Source: Anthoceros angustus (lineage: Eukaryota > Plantae > Anthocerotophyta). Taken from it: a stretch of DNA of 64,000 nt. Numbering within the stretch: position 1 is the first letter of the stretch; every line of letters begins with the position of its first letter. The notes under the pieces were generated by a model that worked only from the letters and a program-made list of their open reading frames with translations, was not told where the DNA came from and did no database searches. Position numbers and translations under genes: made by a program. Positions 11,336-23,735 of the stretch are shown piece after piece. The stretch is taken from NCBI GenBank assembly GCA_010909165.1, contig MU008160.1, positions 248,001 through 312,000 on the forward strand. Reading direction: 5' to 3'.

Positions 11336-13809
11336 TTTATAGACGGGTTACATCCACGTGTGCCTCCCACGTGTGCCTCCCACGTGTGCCTCCAAGCCAT
11401 CTGCGGAGGAAGGAGAAAGCGGCAATGCTGCGGACGTCTCATGCTCGGTTGGAACTTCGTAAGGCGACCTCTTGCGAGCAAGTCCTCCTAGTAACCTCCA
11501 TCGCCAGTCCTCTAATGATGCAAACCAGCCGTTGCAAAAGAAGTCATGGACATCTTGTGCTTCCCAAGGTGACGGACGTCTCATGCTCGGTTGGAACTTC
11601 GTAGGCGACCTCTTGCGAGCAAGTCCTCCTAGTAACCTCCATCGCTAGGTCCTCATCTTTGCTTCCCTCTCCAATGCTTCCTTGAGCTCCCTAAAATGTT
11701 CACGTTCCTCCAGCCAAACTCCATCCAAAACCTGCTCAAATATATTCACTGGCGGTGGCCTCGCCGAAAATGACTCAGGTAGGACATCCCCCTCACTGGA
11801 CGAGGGAGATTGACAAATTCTGTCAATGTCCACCTCAGTCAGAGTATGAGGCAAGGGAAGGTGGAGAAGCTGCACTAAAGTCCGTATCTCGATCTCAAAC
11901 TGCCTTTCAGTCTGCGAGTAATCCGGCTGAAGCACACTATGACTCTCATGCTCCGGTTGGAACTTCGTAAGGGCGACCTCTTGCAGGCAAGTCCTCCTAG
12001 TAACCTCCATCGCCGGGTCCTCTAATGATGCAAACCAGCCCTCTGCAGAAGAAGTCACGGACGTCTCATGCTCATCTTCGCCATCCACTTGATCGGCAAC
12101 CTCCATCGCTAGGTCCTTTCTGCTGCAAACCAGCCGTTGCAAAAGAAGTCATGGACATCTTGTGCTCATCTTCATCGTCCACTTGATCGGCGGACACGGA
12201 GATTGCGGAGCGGGCGCAAGTATGGTTGTGTGATGGCCAGTGAGCACACCAAGAGAACCAAGCAGAAGCAAGGAAAACAGAAAACCAAACGTGCCTCTAA
12301 GCCATCTGCGGAGGAAGGAGAAAGTTGGGATGAGCGCCACACCATCGGAGCATACGCATGCTATACAGAGTCCGTCTATCGGTCAGCCTCAATTGGAGTA
12401 AGCCATCAGCCGATCTGCCTCCAGAGGAGAAAACGGCAATGCCTGCGGACGTCGGAGATGAAGAAGCGCGTCTCTTGGGTCCACTCAAGGAGGCACTGAG
12501 ACTACTTCAAAGGGTGAAGGCGGGAAGGGAAGATTCATAACAATGTCCTGTTAACAAGCCATTAGGTTATTGTGATGCTTGTTTTGCGATCGAGTAGAAG
12601 AAATGGCGACACACATGTGATGCAGTTGATTATCTCATTCAACATAACGTGACACTTTGAAATACGAAAACCCATGAACCGTGTCGTGAATCATCTCAGC
12701 GGATTAGGAACACGCTTATTACACAATGCAACAATAAGCGACACCCATATCCCAAAGGCTCCTTGCCACAGACTCGCCCATGACGGTCCCACGCTACACA
12801 CAATTCCTTCACAACATCTCCAAGCTTTTGCCATGCCACAGGCCGAGACTCCAAGGCAGTTGCTGAGACTTCCCTCTCCTTTGCTTCCCTCTCCAATGCT
12901 TCCTTGAGCTCCCTAAAATGTTCACGTTCCTCCAGCCAAACTCCATCCAAAACCTGCTCAAATATATTCACTGGCGGTGGCCTCGAAAATGACTCGTAGG
13001 ACATCCCCTCATCGACGAGGGAGATTGACAAATTCTGTCAATGTCCACCTCAGTCAGAGTCTGAGGCAAGGGAAGGTGGAGAACTGCACTAAAGTCCGTA
13101 TCTCGATCTCAAACTGCCTTTCAGTCTGCGAGTAATCCGGTGAAGCACACTATGACTCTCATGCTCGGTTGGAACTTCGTAAGGCGACCTCTTGCGAGCA
13201 AGTCCTCCTAGTAACCTCCATCGCCGGGTCCTCTAATGATGCAAACCAGCCCTCTGCAGAAGAAGTCACGGACGTCTCATGCTCATCTTCGCCATCCACT
13301 TGATCGGCAACCTCCATCGCTAGGTCCTTTACTGCTGCAAACCAGCCCGTTGCAAAAGAAGTCATGGACATCTTGTGCTCATCTTCATCGTCCACTTGAT
13401 CGGCAGACCTGGAGATTGCGGAACGGGCTCGGGGATGGCCTGCTAACAACCCTTGGCTGCTTGCGGAAGCAGAGTTGGAGCGGGCTTGTCTCATCACGCG
13501 CGTCTCGAGACGCGCGGGCTCATCTCATCACACTTAACCTCGAGGACGCTCTCCAGAACCTGCATAGTGTGCCTCCCACGTGTGCCTCCCACAATAGCAC
13601 ACGTCAGTTCAGAGTTTCAAAATGTTTGCCTTGCCCGTGCTGTGCTTCCCAAGGTGACGGACGTCTCAAGACACGTGCTTTACAACGCAAAAAAATCTGC
13701 TTTACAACATATTACGCTGTAAACTTCTGTTATAAACCTCAATAACAAAACCTTACCCATTATGTTCAAGACTTGACACGAGCTGCCACATGCTCTTGTT
13801 ATGCGAGGA

Positions 13810-14103
13810 TTGGGCGCCATTATTGGGCGCCATTATTGTTGGGCGTTAATTGGGCGCCATTGTTGGGCGTTAATTGGGCGCCATTGTTGGGCGTTAACTG
13901 GGCGCCATTGTTGGGCGTTAACTGGGCGCCATTGCTGGGCGTTAACTGGGCGCCATTGTTGGGCGTTAACTGGGCGCCATTGTTGGGCGTTAACTGGGCG
14001 CCATTGTTGGGCGTTAACTGGGCGCCATTGCTGGGCGTTAACTGGGCGCCATTGTTGGGCGTTAATTGGGCGCCATTATTGGGCGTTAATTGGGCGCCAT
14101 TGT
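13810..14103. repeat. 24-bp tandem repeat TGGGCGCCATTGTTGGGCGTTAAC (~12 copies)
   Basis: Directly visible; gives WAPLLGVN periodicity in the ORF track. Confidence 0.95.
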
Positions 14104-14761
14104 TACAAAATGGTGCATTTCGATAAACCAAAATGAGGGCATGATAACCCAAGTCTCGTGACAACATGAGGACACGCATTAGTCGACTCGCTTGACTCAA
14201 CGGATCCAGTCAACTGCTCTCCAGCCTCTCCCTACTTGGGTGGGTAACACATGTGACAGGGTCCACGTCATCATGTCCATATCTGTCGAAACATACTCCA
14301 CATTGTTACAAAATGGTGCATTTCGATAAACCAAAATGAGGGCATGAAACATCTAGAAAAGTGTTTGATTGGCTGGACAAATACCGACGAATCCATCCAG
14401 AAACAAAATCTTTGGACAGGGCTAGGTCAGGCCTGTATGGGCAGGCACACAAAAGGCGCTACATTTGTAGTTTGCGTTTCAAATCAGGCAGTTTCATGCC
14501 TCAATTCACATGTCTTGATGGCCGAAACAAACACATGCTTTGAGGCGGATTATGAATCTACAAAATGGTGCATTTCCGATAAACCAAAATGAGGGCATGA
14601 TAACCCAAGTCTCGTGACAACATGAGGACACGCATTAGTCAGGACTCGCTTGACTCAACGGATCCAGTCAACTGCTCTCCAGCCTCTCCCTACTTGGGTG
14701 GGTAACACATGTGACAGGGTCCACGTCATCTATGTCCATATCGTGTCAGAAACATACTCCA

Positions 14762-16592
14762 CATTGTTACAAAACGGGAACTGCCGGTGTTTCTCAATCT
14801 CGGCCTTTGTTTTGTGTCGATTGTAAAGCTCCATGGCACCTAAGGAAACACATAGATCAGAAAAGTGAGATCTTCCTAAAAGGAGTCAAAGTAAATAAGA
14901 TACACTGGCACTTACGATAGAAAGAGATGATCACACCCCTGCACGAACGGTAGGTCTCCCAATCCATTCGATTCATCCAGATCAGTTTCTTCACAGAAGT
15001 AAGCCCTTGGAGATCCTGGGTCCTCAAGGCTCCCGATGGTGATTATAGCCTGTACGGTTGGAGATCCCTTGGGCAAAAAATGGCCAAAGAGGCAAGGATT
15101 ACTTCCATCTTGCAGTGGAGGGATGTCTCTCCTCCTTTCAGGCACAGGCAAAGGACGCATAGTCACCGAATCCTTATTACAGCTCTCAAAGGCACAACAA
15201 TTCACTGGACTCATAAACCCGCTGGCCCTCAAGTCCTTGCACCACTTCTGAGCTTGAGCCTCAGGTGAAATGTTTTCCTTGTTCCTCTGGTGCTCCTTTT
15301 TCCTCCAGGCTCGCACCAAGTACATGCATTTTAGGTGTGCATTGCTGGGCATTTCGCCACCGCAAAGCCCATCTCCGCATGTGCTTATTCTCCATACTAC
15401 TCTCCGTCCCCTTCCGCTTGCATTGTGAGAGTTGCTCGTTCAAGAGGACATGGGGCTCTTGAAATTCTCCTCCGGCTTAATTGCAAGTAATGGGTGTGAA
15501 ATCTACATGATACTTTAAATTCATCTATGGAAGTCGGTCCCCATCCGTCTTGATCCATCCTCCGCTTAACGCAAGTAATGGGGTGTAAGCTACATGATAT
15601 TCTAAATTCATCAAGGGAAGTCGGTCCCCATCCGTCTTGATCCACCATCCCGCTTAACTGCAAGTAATGGGTGTGAAATCTACATGATATTTTAAATTCA
15701 TCTATGGAAGTCGGTCCCCATCCAGTCTTGATCCATCCTCCGCTTAATTGCAAGTAATGGGGTGTAAGCTACATGATATTCTAAATTCATCAAGGGAAGT
15801 CGGTCCCCATCCAGTCTTGATCCATCCTCCGCTTAATTGCAAGTAATGGGGTTGATATTAGAACATGAGCATACTCGTGATCCGCGAGCCATTGTTACAA
15901 AATGGGAACGCGGTGTTTCTCAATCTCGGCCTTTGTTTTGTGTCGATTGTAAAGCTCCATGGCACCTAAGGAAACACATAGATCGAAAAGTGAGATCTTC
16001 CTAAAAGGAGTCAAAGTAAATAAGATACACCGGCACTTACGATAGAAAGAGATGATCACACCGCACGACGGTAGGTCTCCCAATCCATTCGATTCATCCA
16101 GATCGGTTTCTTCACGAGTAAGCCCTTGGAGATCCCGGGTCCTCAAGGCTCCGATGGTGATTATAGCCTGCGGTTGGAGATCCCTTGGGCAAAAAATGGC
16201 CAAAGAGGCAAGGATTACTTCCATCTTGCAGTGGAGGGATGTCTCTCCTCCTTTCAGGCACAAACAAAGGACGCATAGTCACTGAATCCTTATTACAGCT
16301 CTCAAAGGCACAACAATTCACTGGACTCATAAACCCGCTGGCCCTCAAGTCCTTGCACCACTTCTGAGCTTGAGCCTCAGGTGAAATGTTTTCCTTGTTC
16401 CTCTGGTGCTTCTTTTTCCTCCAGTGCTCTGCACCAAGTACATGCATTTTAGGTGTGCATTGCTGGGCATTTCGCCACCGCAAAGCCCATCTCCGCATGT
16501 GCTTATTCTCCATACTACTCTCCGACCCCTTCCGCTTGCACTGTGAGAGTTGCTCGTTCGAAGAGGACATGGGGCTCTTGAAATTCTCCTCC
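14762..16592. repeat. ~0.7-kb direct duplication (14762-15475 vs 15891-16592) flanking an ~89-bp tandem array (15476-15852)
   Basis: The two copies give near-identical ORF translations. GCAAGTAATGGG recurs every ~89 bp; the same unit occurs at 17280-17715 and inverted at 21930-22790. Confidence 0.85.
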
Positions 16593-16949
16593 GGCATTTG
16601 GGTGCACAGCAAGTGCTCACTCGTGTCTGCCTCAGCAGACGGAATCGGCGAAGCACTCGCCATGCTCAGCTGGTGCAAGTCGCCACAACAACCGAAATAG
16701 CTTGTGCAAGTGATTGGCACAGCCCGTGGCAATCGCCTTAGGAACAAGAATCGGCAAAGCAGGTGCACAAGTTGGTGCAAGTCGATAGCACATGTCGCAC
16801 AAGTGGCCAGAGCTCGTGCAACGTTAACTCGACACAGCTCGTGAGAATTGAGAGGGTTGTGCTTTCCCGCCCAAACTTTAAAATGGCGAAAGAATGCCCA
16901 TGGCCGAGCGCGATGAGATGATGGGATGGGTGTGAGGATGGGATCGTGA

Positions 16950-19900
16950 ATCCATAATGAAGCCCGCGTTCCCGCTCAATTTTGTTATAATGATAACAAA
17001 GACGGCGTCATTAAGCCCATGTGCCAAGCTAGTATGCACCAGTTCGAATCTATATGGTAGCCAAGGCCTCCAGAACAATAAAATATTGGCACCGCTACGA
17101 AGCGCCTGCTAAGCCAGGAAACCTGGCCATGTTGGCAAGACCAGATCACCAACTTGGTGTAGCCTTGTGTCAGGCATGATGTACATTTGGACTTGCGATG
17201 AGCTTCACAGCGCACTATGTTGTAACTTCACTTACTCTCAACTTACAACATCCAAAGTAGCAACCAAGGCACTTTGAAAGCTACATGATATTTTAAATTC
17301 ATCTATGGAAGTCAGTCCCCCATCCGGGTACTGATCCGCCCTCCCGGCTTAACTGCAAGTAATGGGGTGTGAAAGCTACATTATATTTTAATTTCATGGA
17401 GGGAAGTCGGTCCCCATCCGTCTTGATCCGCCTCTCGACTTAACGCAAGTAATGGGTGTGAAATCTACATGATATGTTATATTCATCAAGGAGGTAGGTC
17501 CCTCATCCGGTCTTGATCCACCCTCCCGCTTAACGCAAGTAATGGGTGTGAAAGCTACATGATACTTTAAATTCATCAAGGGAAGTCCCTCATCCAAGTC
17601 TTGATCCATCCTCCGCTTAATTGCAAGTAATGGGTGTGAAAGCTACATGATATTCTAAATTCATCAAGGGAAGTCGGTCCCCCATCCAGGTACTGATCCA
17701 CCATCCTGGCTTAACCGCAACTTCGGATTTGGAAGAGCGACGGGCATTGATGAGGCTTATTAGGTGAATGAGGATGCAAAAGCGCAAGAAGTATACTCCC
17801 GTAGTGCCACATCCATAGTAGTACCGAGGCAAAAGATTGAGGGGTCCACACATAAATATATGTCATTATGAAGTTCATCATGATGCTCGAGGCCCAAGGC
17901 TTCCTTTTCTTGGTAATGAAGGTAGCTTCTAATGGGGGTTGATATTAGAACATGAGCATACTCGTGATCCGCGAGCGATTGTGAGCATCTGGTTTGCATC
18001 ATTTTGGCGCGAAAACGCAAAACGCTCTACGAGCCTATGCCCTGGCAACCTGCCGATGATACTGCTGGTTAGCATTCTTCTCGGGTGGAGCGCTGCCATT
18101 CTTTGTAGAGATAATTCACCTTATTCACCGCTTCGTGTCTGCGAGTCTGTTCCTTACATTAATGCACCCTTGGCCTTGAGCTCATTAATGTACGCTTTCT
18201 CGTGAGCTCATACATTCGCCCCGGGCCCATACCCACAATATTGAGGCTGCCTATAGTCCTGGTCAGAGATCATCTGAGGCTCGAGGGCTACACCGTACCA
18301 TCATCATGGCTGCGCTGCAGCTTGTGGCTTTCCTGACCTCACTGGCCGCAATGGAGACTGTCATTCGATTGGAATTGCAAACCTAGTTGTATTGGGCAAT
18401 AGAGACTATGTCGTATTTGATTGAAATTGCATACGCGAAAGATACAGATTGAAAGAGCAAGAACTGACTCGTCTTGCAAGTGTGCCTAAAGAAAACACAT
18501 TCTACAGACAAAAAGAAGCCGATGTCCAGACCAATCTATGGTCTTACTAGGACACACAGATTCAAAAGAACTCAGGAAACATGTCGAAAACTGTGTAAGG
18601 CATACACAAGGCACCTTTCATGCAATAAACCAGATCCACCAAGGCGTATCTCTCTTGTTCGCTCCAAGGCAGAGTCGCTCCACGGTTCATGCAGGGGATC
18701 AAAAAGCGCATTACACGGTGCGCGCACCTCGGACGGATGCATTCCATGTCGTCCCAATACGTCTCACTAACTTGAGAAGAGTCTTCAGACCGCGCTGGTC
18801 ACAAATCCCGTCTTTGAGTTTCACGCGCATGAACCTGCCTCTGTGCCTTGCCAAGCGAGCTTCGGAGGTGTAAAAAGGCATTCCCATAGCCACAAAAGTC
18901 GAGGTGCACAATCTTGGACAACGATCACGTGAGGGTTGTGAAGCTCCTTGCAGTTGGCGACTGAGAAGTTCATAAGGCTCTATGCCGGTCCTTCACACTC
19001 TCATAGTGGTGTGGGTTGGCAGAATTATGTGTCGGCTTAATGGTAACAGCAGGCCTAGCAAAATGAATTGAATGTGGATGGTATCAATGCTCATTTTTTA
19101 TTGTTCTTTGATCATTTTCCTTGGTTGTGTGTAGAAGGATTTGGTAGGTCCCTACGGCCGGTAGGTGTGTCACATCACAGAAGAGAAGGCTGAGACCTCA
19201 AGCTTCCTTGGGTTACAGCTAGTGAGGTCGGGCAAGCCGCAAGTTACAGCGTGACCACCATTCATTCTTGGATGGTACGGTGTAGCCCTCAGCCTCAGGT
19301 GATCTCTGACCAGGACTAAGGCGGCCTCAGTATTGTGGGTATGGGCCCGAGGTGGATGTATGAGCTCACAAGCAAGAGTACATTAATGAGCTCAAGGTCA
19401 AGGGAGCATTAATGTAGGCAACAAACTTGCAAACATGAAGCGGCGAATACGGTGAATATCTCTACAAAGAATGGTATCGCTCCACTGAGGAGAATGCTAA
19501 CCAGCTGCGTCATAGCCAGGCTGACAGGGCACATGCTCATACAACCTTTTGCATTTTCGCGCCAAATTGATGTAAACCAGATGCTCACAATTGCTTGCGG
19601 CTCACGGGTGTGCGCACGGGCATCACGCCTGACACAGGGCTACACCAAGTTGGTGACCCGGTCTTGCCGCATGCCCAGGTTGTGTGGCTTGGCAGGCGCT
19701 TGGTGGCGGTGCCTATATTTTATTGTTCTCCCGGTCCTAGCTGCCACATAGATTCGATACTTGGGTGCATACAATTGGCTTGGTAGGCGCTTGGTGGCCG
19801 TTTTGCTATCATTATTATAGAATTGAGCAGAAAGCGGGCTTCATCATGGATTCATGTCATGTGCGCTATGGAGCGTGGAGCGAGTCCCGTATCGCTATCC

Positions 19901-22420
19901 GGATGGGGATCGACTTACGGTGAGGAAGGAGAAGTCTTCCGTGAGGTATCATGGAGATTTCCCCATTGCTTGTAGTTAAGCGGAATGGGGCTTGCATTTT
20001 CCTTTCCAAAGCATTTTCATTTGTAATTTTCATTTCATGTTGTAAGTTAAGTTACAACGTTGTATTGGGTTGTGAGGCTCCTGCAATTGGGGAGTGAGAA
20101 GTTCATAGCGCTCTATGCGGTCCTTCGTACTCTCAAATAATGGACATGGTTCACTTTTAATCCTATTCCAAGCGGTGCGGTACATATTACACAAGAGGAG
20201 GTGAGACCTCAAGCTTGGTTGGGGCAAGGCCATTGAGGTTGGACAAGCCGCAAGTTACAGTGACCACCATTCATTCTTGGATGGTACGGTGTAGCCCTCA
20301 GCCTCGGTGATCTCGACCGGGACTAAGGCGGCCTCGATTGTGGGTATGGGCCCGAGGTGGATGTATGAGCTCACAAGCAAGAGTACATTAATGAGCTCAA
20401 GGTCAAGGGTGCATTAATGTAGGCAACTTTGTTGCTGCATGAAGTTTGAACTTGCAAACACGGCGGCGAATACGGTGAATATCTCTACAAAGAATGGTAT
20501 CGCTCCACCGAGGAGAATGCTAACCAGCGTCATAGCGAGGATGGCAAGGCACAGCTCATCTGACCTTTTGCATTTTCGCCAAATTGATGTAAACCGGATG
20601 CTCACAATTGCTTGCGGCTCACGGGTGTGCGACGGGCATCACGCGACAGGCTACACCAAGTTGGTGACCGGTCTTGCCGCATGCCAGTTGTGTGGCTTGG
20701 TAGGCGCTTGGTGGCGGTGCCTATATTTTATTGTTCTCCGGTCCTAGCGCCACATAGATTCGATACTTGGGTGCATACAATTGGCTTGGTAGGCGCTTGG
20801 TGGCCGTTTTGCTATCATTATTATAGAATTGAGCAGGAAAGCGGGCTTCATCATGGATTCATGTCATGTGCGCTGTGGAGCGTGGAGCGAGTCCCGTATC
20901 GGTATCCGGACGGGGGATCGACTTCTGGTGAGGAAGGAGAAGTCTTCCGGTGAGGTATCATGGAGATTTCCCCCATTGCTTGTAGTTAAGCCGGAATGGG
21001 GGCTTGCATTTTCCTTTCCAAAGCATTTTTCATTTGTAATTTTCATTTCATGTTGTAAGTTAAGTTACAACGTTGTATTGGGTTGTGAGGCTCCTGCAAT
21101 TGGGGAGTGAGAAGTTCATAGCGCTCTATGCCGGTCCTTCGCACTCTCGAATAATGGACATGGTTCACTTTTAATCCTATTCCAAGCAGTGCCGGTACCT
21201 GTATTACACAAGAGGAGGCTGAGAGCTGAAGCTTGGTTGGGGCAAGGCCATTGAGGTTGGACAAGCCGCAAGTTACAGTGACCACCATTCATTCTTGGAT
21301 GGTGCGGTGTAGCCCTCAGCCTCGTGATCTCGACCGGGACTAAGGCGGCCTCGGGCCTCGGGTCATGGTTGCCCAAGACCGTAGGCAGCCTGATTATTGT
21401 GGGTGTGGGCCCGGGGCGGATGTATGAGCTCAAGAGCAAGGGACATACATTAATGAGCTCAAGGCCAAGAGTGCATTAATATAAGCAACAGACTTGCAGA
21501 CACGAGGCAGCGAATAAGGTGAATATCTCTCGAAAGAATGGTATCGCTCCACCTGAGGAGAATGCTAACCAGCGTCATAGCAGGGATGGCAAGGCACAGG
21601 CTCGCATAGCCTTTTGCGTTTTCACGCCAAAATGATGCAAACCACGATGCTCACAATCCCTCGCGGATCATGGGTGTGCTCATGGTCTAATATCAACCCC
21701 CATTACAAGCTACCCTTACTACCAAGAAAAGAAAGCCTTGGGCCTCGAGCCCCACAAAGACATATATATATTTATGTGTGGACACCTCAATCTTTTGCCT
21801 CAGGACTGCTATGGGCTGGGCACTATGGGCAAGATACTCCTCGCGTGCCACTTTTGCATCCCTACTCAGTTGATAAGCCTCATCAATGTCCATCGGTCGT
21901 GCGGATTCGAAGTCGCAGTAAGCCGAAAGGGTGGATCAGTACCCAGATGGGGGACCAACTTCCCTTGATGAATTTAAAATATAATGTAGCTTTCACACCC
22001 TATTACTTGTAGTTAAGCAGGGAGTGTGGATCAATACCGGATGGGGGACTAACTTCCCTTGATGAAATTAAAATATCATGTAGCTTTCAAAGTGCCTTGG
22101 TTGCTACTTTGCATGTTGTAAGTTGAGTGTAAGTGAAGTTACAACATGGTGCGATGTGAAGCTCACTTGCAAGTCCAAATGTACATCACGCCTGACATAG
22201 GGCTACACCAAGTTGGTGACCCGGTCTTGCCGCATGCCCAGGTTGTGTGGCTTGGTAGGCGCTTGGCGGGCGCTTGGCGGTGGTGCCTATATTTTATTGT
22301 TCTCCCAGCCCTAGCTGCCACATAGATTCGATATTTGGGTCTGTATAGCTGGCTTGGCACACCGGCTTGGGCTGACGCCGTTTTTGCTATAATTATTATA
22401 GAATTGAGCGAGAACCTTGG
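16950..22420. repeat. Large imperfect inverted repeat (16950-18350 vs ~21270-22420) enclosing a ~1-kb tandem triplication (19170-21680)
   Basis: For example, 17180-17295 is the reverse complement of 22070-22185, and 17745-17945 of 21690-21890. GGTGTAGCCCTCAGCC recurs at ~19279, ~20288 and ~21307. Confidence 0.8.
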
Positions 22421-22807
22421 GCCTCGAGCCTCACAAAGACATGTATTTATGTGTGGACCTCTCAATCTTTTGCCTTAGAATTTGTCATGGGCTGGGCACT
22501 CCAGCAAGATACTCCTCGCGCTTTTGCATCCCTACTCGGTTGATAAGCCTCATCAATGTCCATTGGTCGTCGGATCCGAAGTTGCGTTAAGCGGGAGGGT
22601 GGATAAGTACTGGATGGGGACTTACCTCCCTCGATGAATTTAACATATCATGCAGATTTCACACCCCATTATTTGTAGTTAAGCTGAGAGGGTGGATCAG
22701 TGCCCAGATGGGGGACCTACCTCCCTCGATGAATTTAACATATTTGCAATGTAGCTCTCACACCCCATAACTTGCAGTTAAGCCGGGAGTGTGGATAAGT
22801 ATCCCGA

Positions 22808-22993
22808 TTTATGAACGGACATTCCTTTATGAACGGACATTCCCTTATGAACGGACATTCCCTTATGAACGGACATTCCCTTATGAACGGACATTCCCTT
22901 ATGAACGGACATTCCCTTATGAACGGACATTCCCTTATGAACGGACATTCCCTTATGAACGGACATTCCTTTATGAACTGACATTCCTTTATG
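22808..22993. repeat. 18-bp tandem repeat TTATGAACGGACATTCC(C/T) (~10 copies)
   Basis: Directly visible. Confidence 0.95.
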
Positions 22994-23735
22994 CTTCTAT
23001 ATCCAAACTGCCTTGTTCACTTGGTTGCTACTTTGCATGTTGTAAGTTGAGTGTAAGACAAGTTACAACGTAGTGCCCAAAGTGCCTTGTTACCTTTAAA
23101 TTTGTTACTACTTTCCTCGTAAGTTGAGTGTAAGTGAAGTTACAACATGGTGCGTTGTGAAGCCCACTACAAGTCCAAATGTAGCTTTCAAAGTGCCTTG
23201 GTTGCTACTTTGCATGTTGTAAGTTGAGTGTAAGACAAGTTACAACGTAGTGCCCAAAGTGCCTTGGTTGTGTGGCTTGGCGGGCGCTTGACAACGGTTC
23301 CTTTATTTTATTGTTCTCCCAGCCCTAGCGCCACATAGATTCGATATTTGGGTGCATCGGTGGCTTGGCACCTTGGCACACCGGCTTGGATTGACGCCGT
23401 TTTAATCATTATTATAGAATTGAGCGGGAACACGGGCTTCATCACGGCTTCACGATCGCGGGCTTCATTTCTAGTCAGCCCCATCGCCTCCTTTGCTTTG
23501 CACGGCTTGCTTAGCGAGGAGGAAGTGGCTTGTTTTGTTTCGGTGTTGTTTCTTGTGTGTTTACTTACTCGAAACAACGTGGGCAACGATTCAGAATCAT
23601 CGGCTTCGTGCTTGTAGGTTTCAAGGTAAGTGGATACTGTACATAACTGAGTTTGTCTACTTTCAAGTTTGGGTACTTTCAAATTTGTCTTCCCGCATAC
23701 GTTTCTACTTACCCCAACCACCCTGCGCCATGTAG

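Noticed and set aside
10708-14200. Repeat ORFs (VVKHVMD, WAPLLGVN) and a possible CRISPR-like array
   Set aside because: These are tandem repeats without unique spacers; the context is eukaryotic and no cas genes are present.
18562-18747. WSEQERYALVDLV resembling a Myb/SANT first helix
   Set aside because: Only one short motif; the remaining conserved aromatic residues are not evident.
23165-23174. CACTACAAGT as the left terminus of CACTA B
   Set aside because: It matches only 9 nt, sits inside a repeated block and has no subterminal array.
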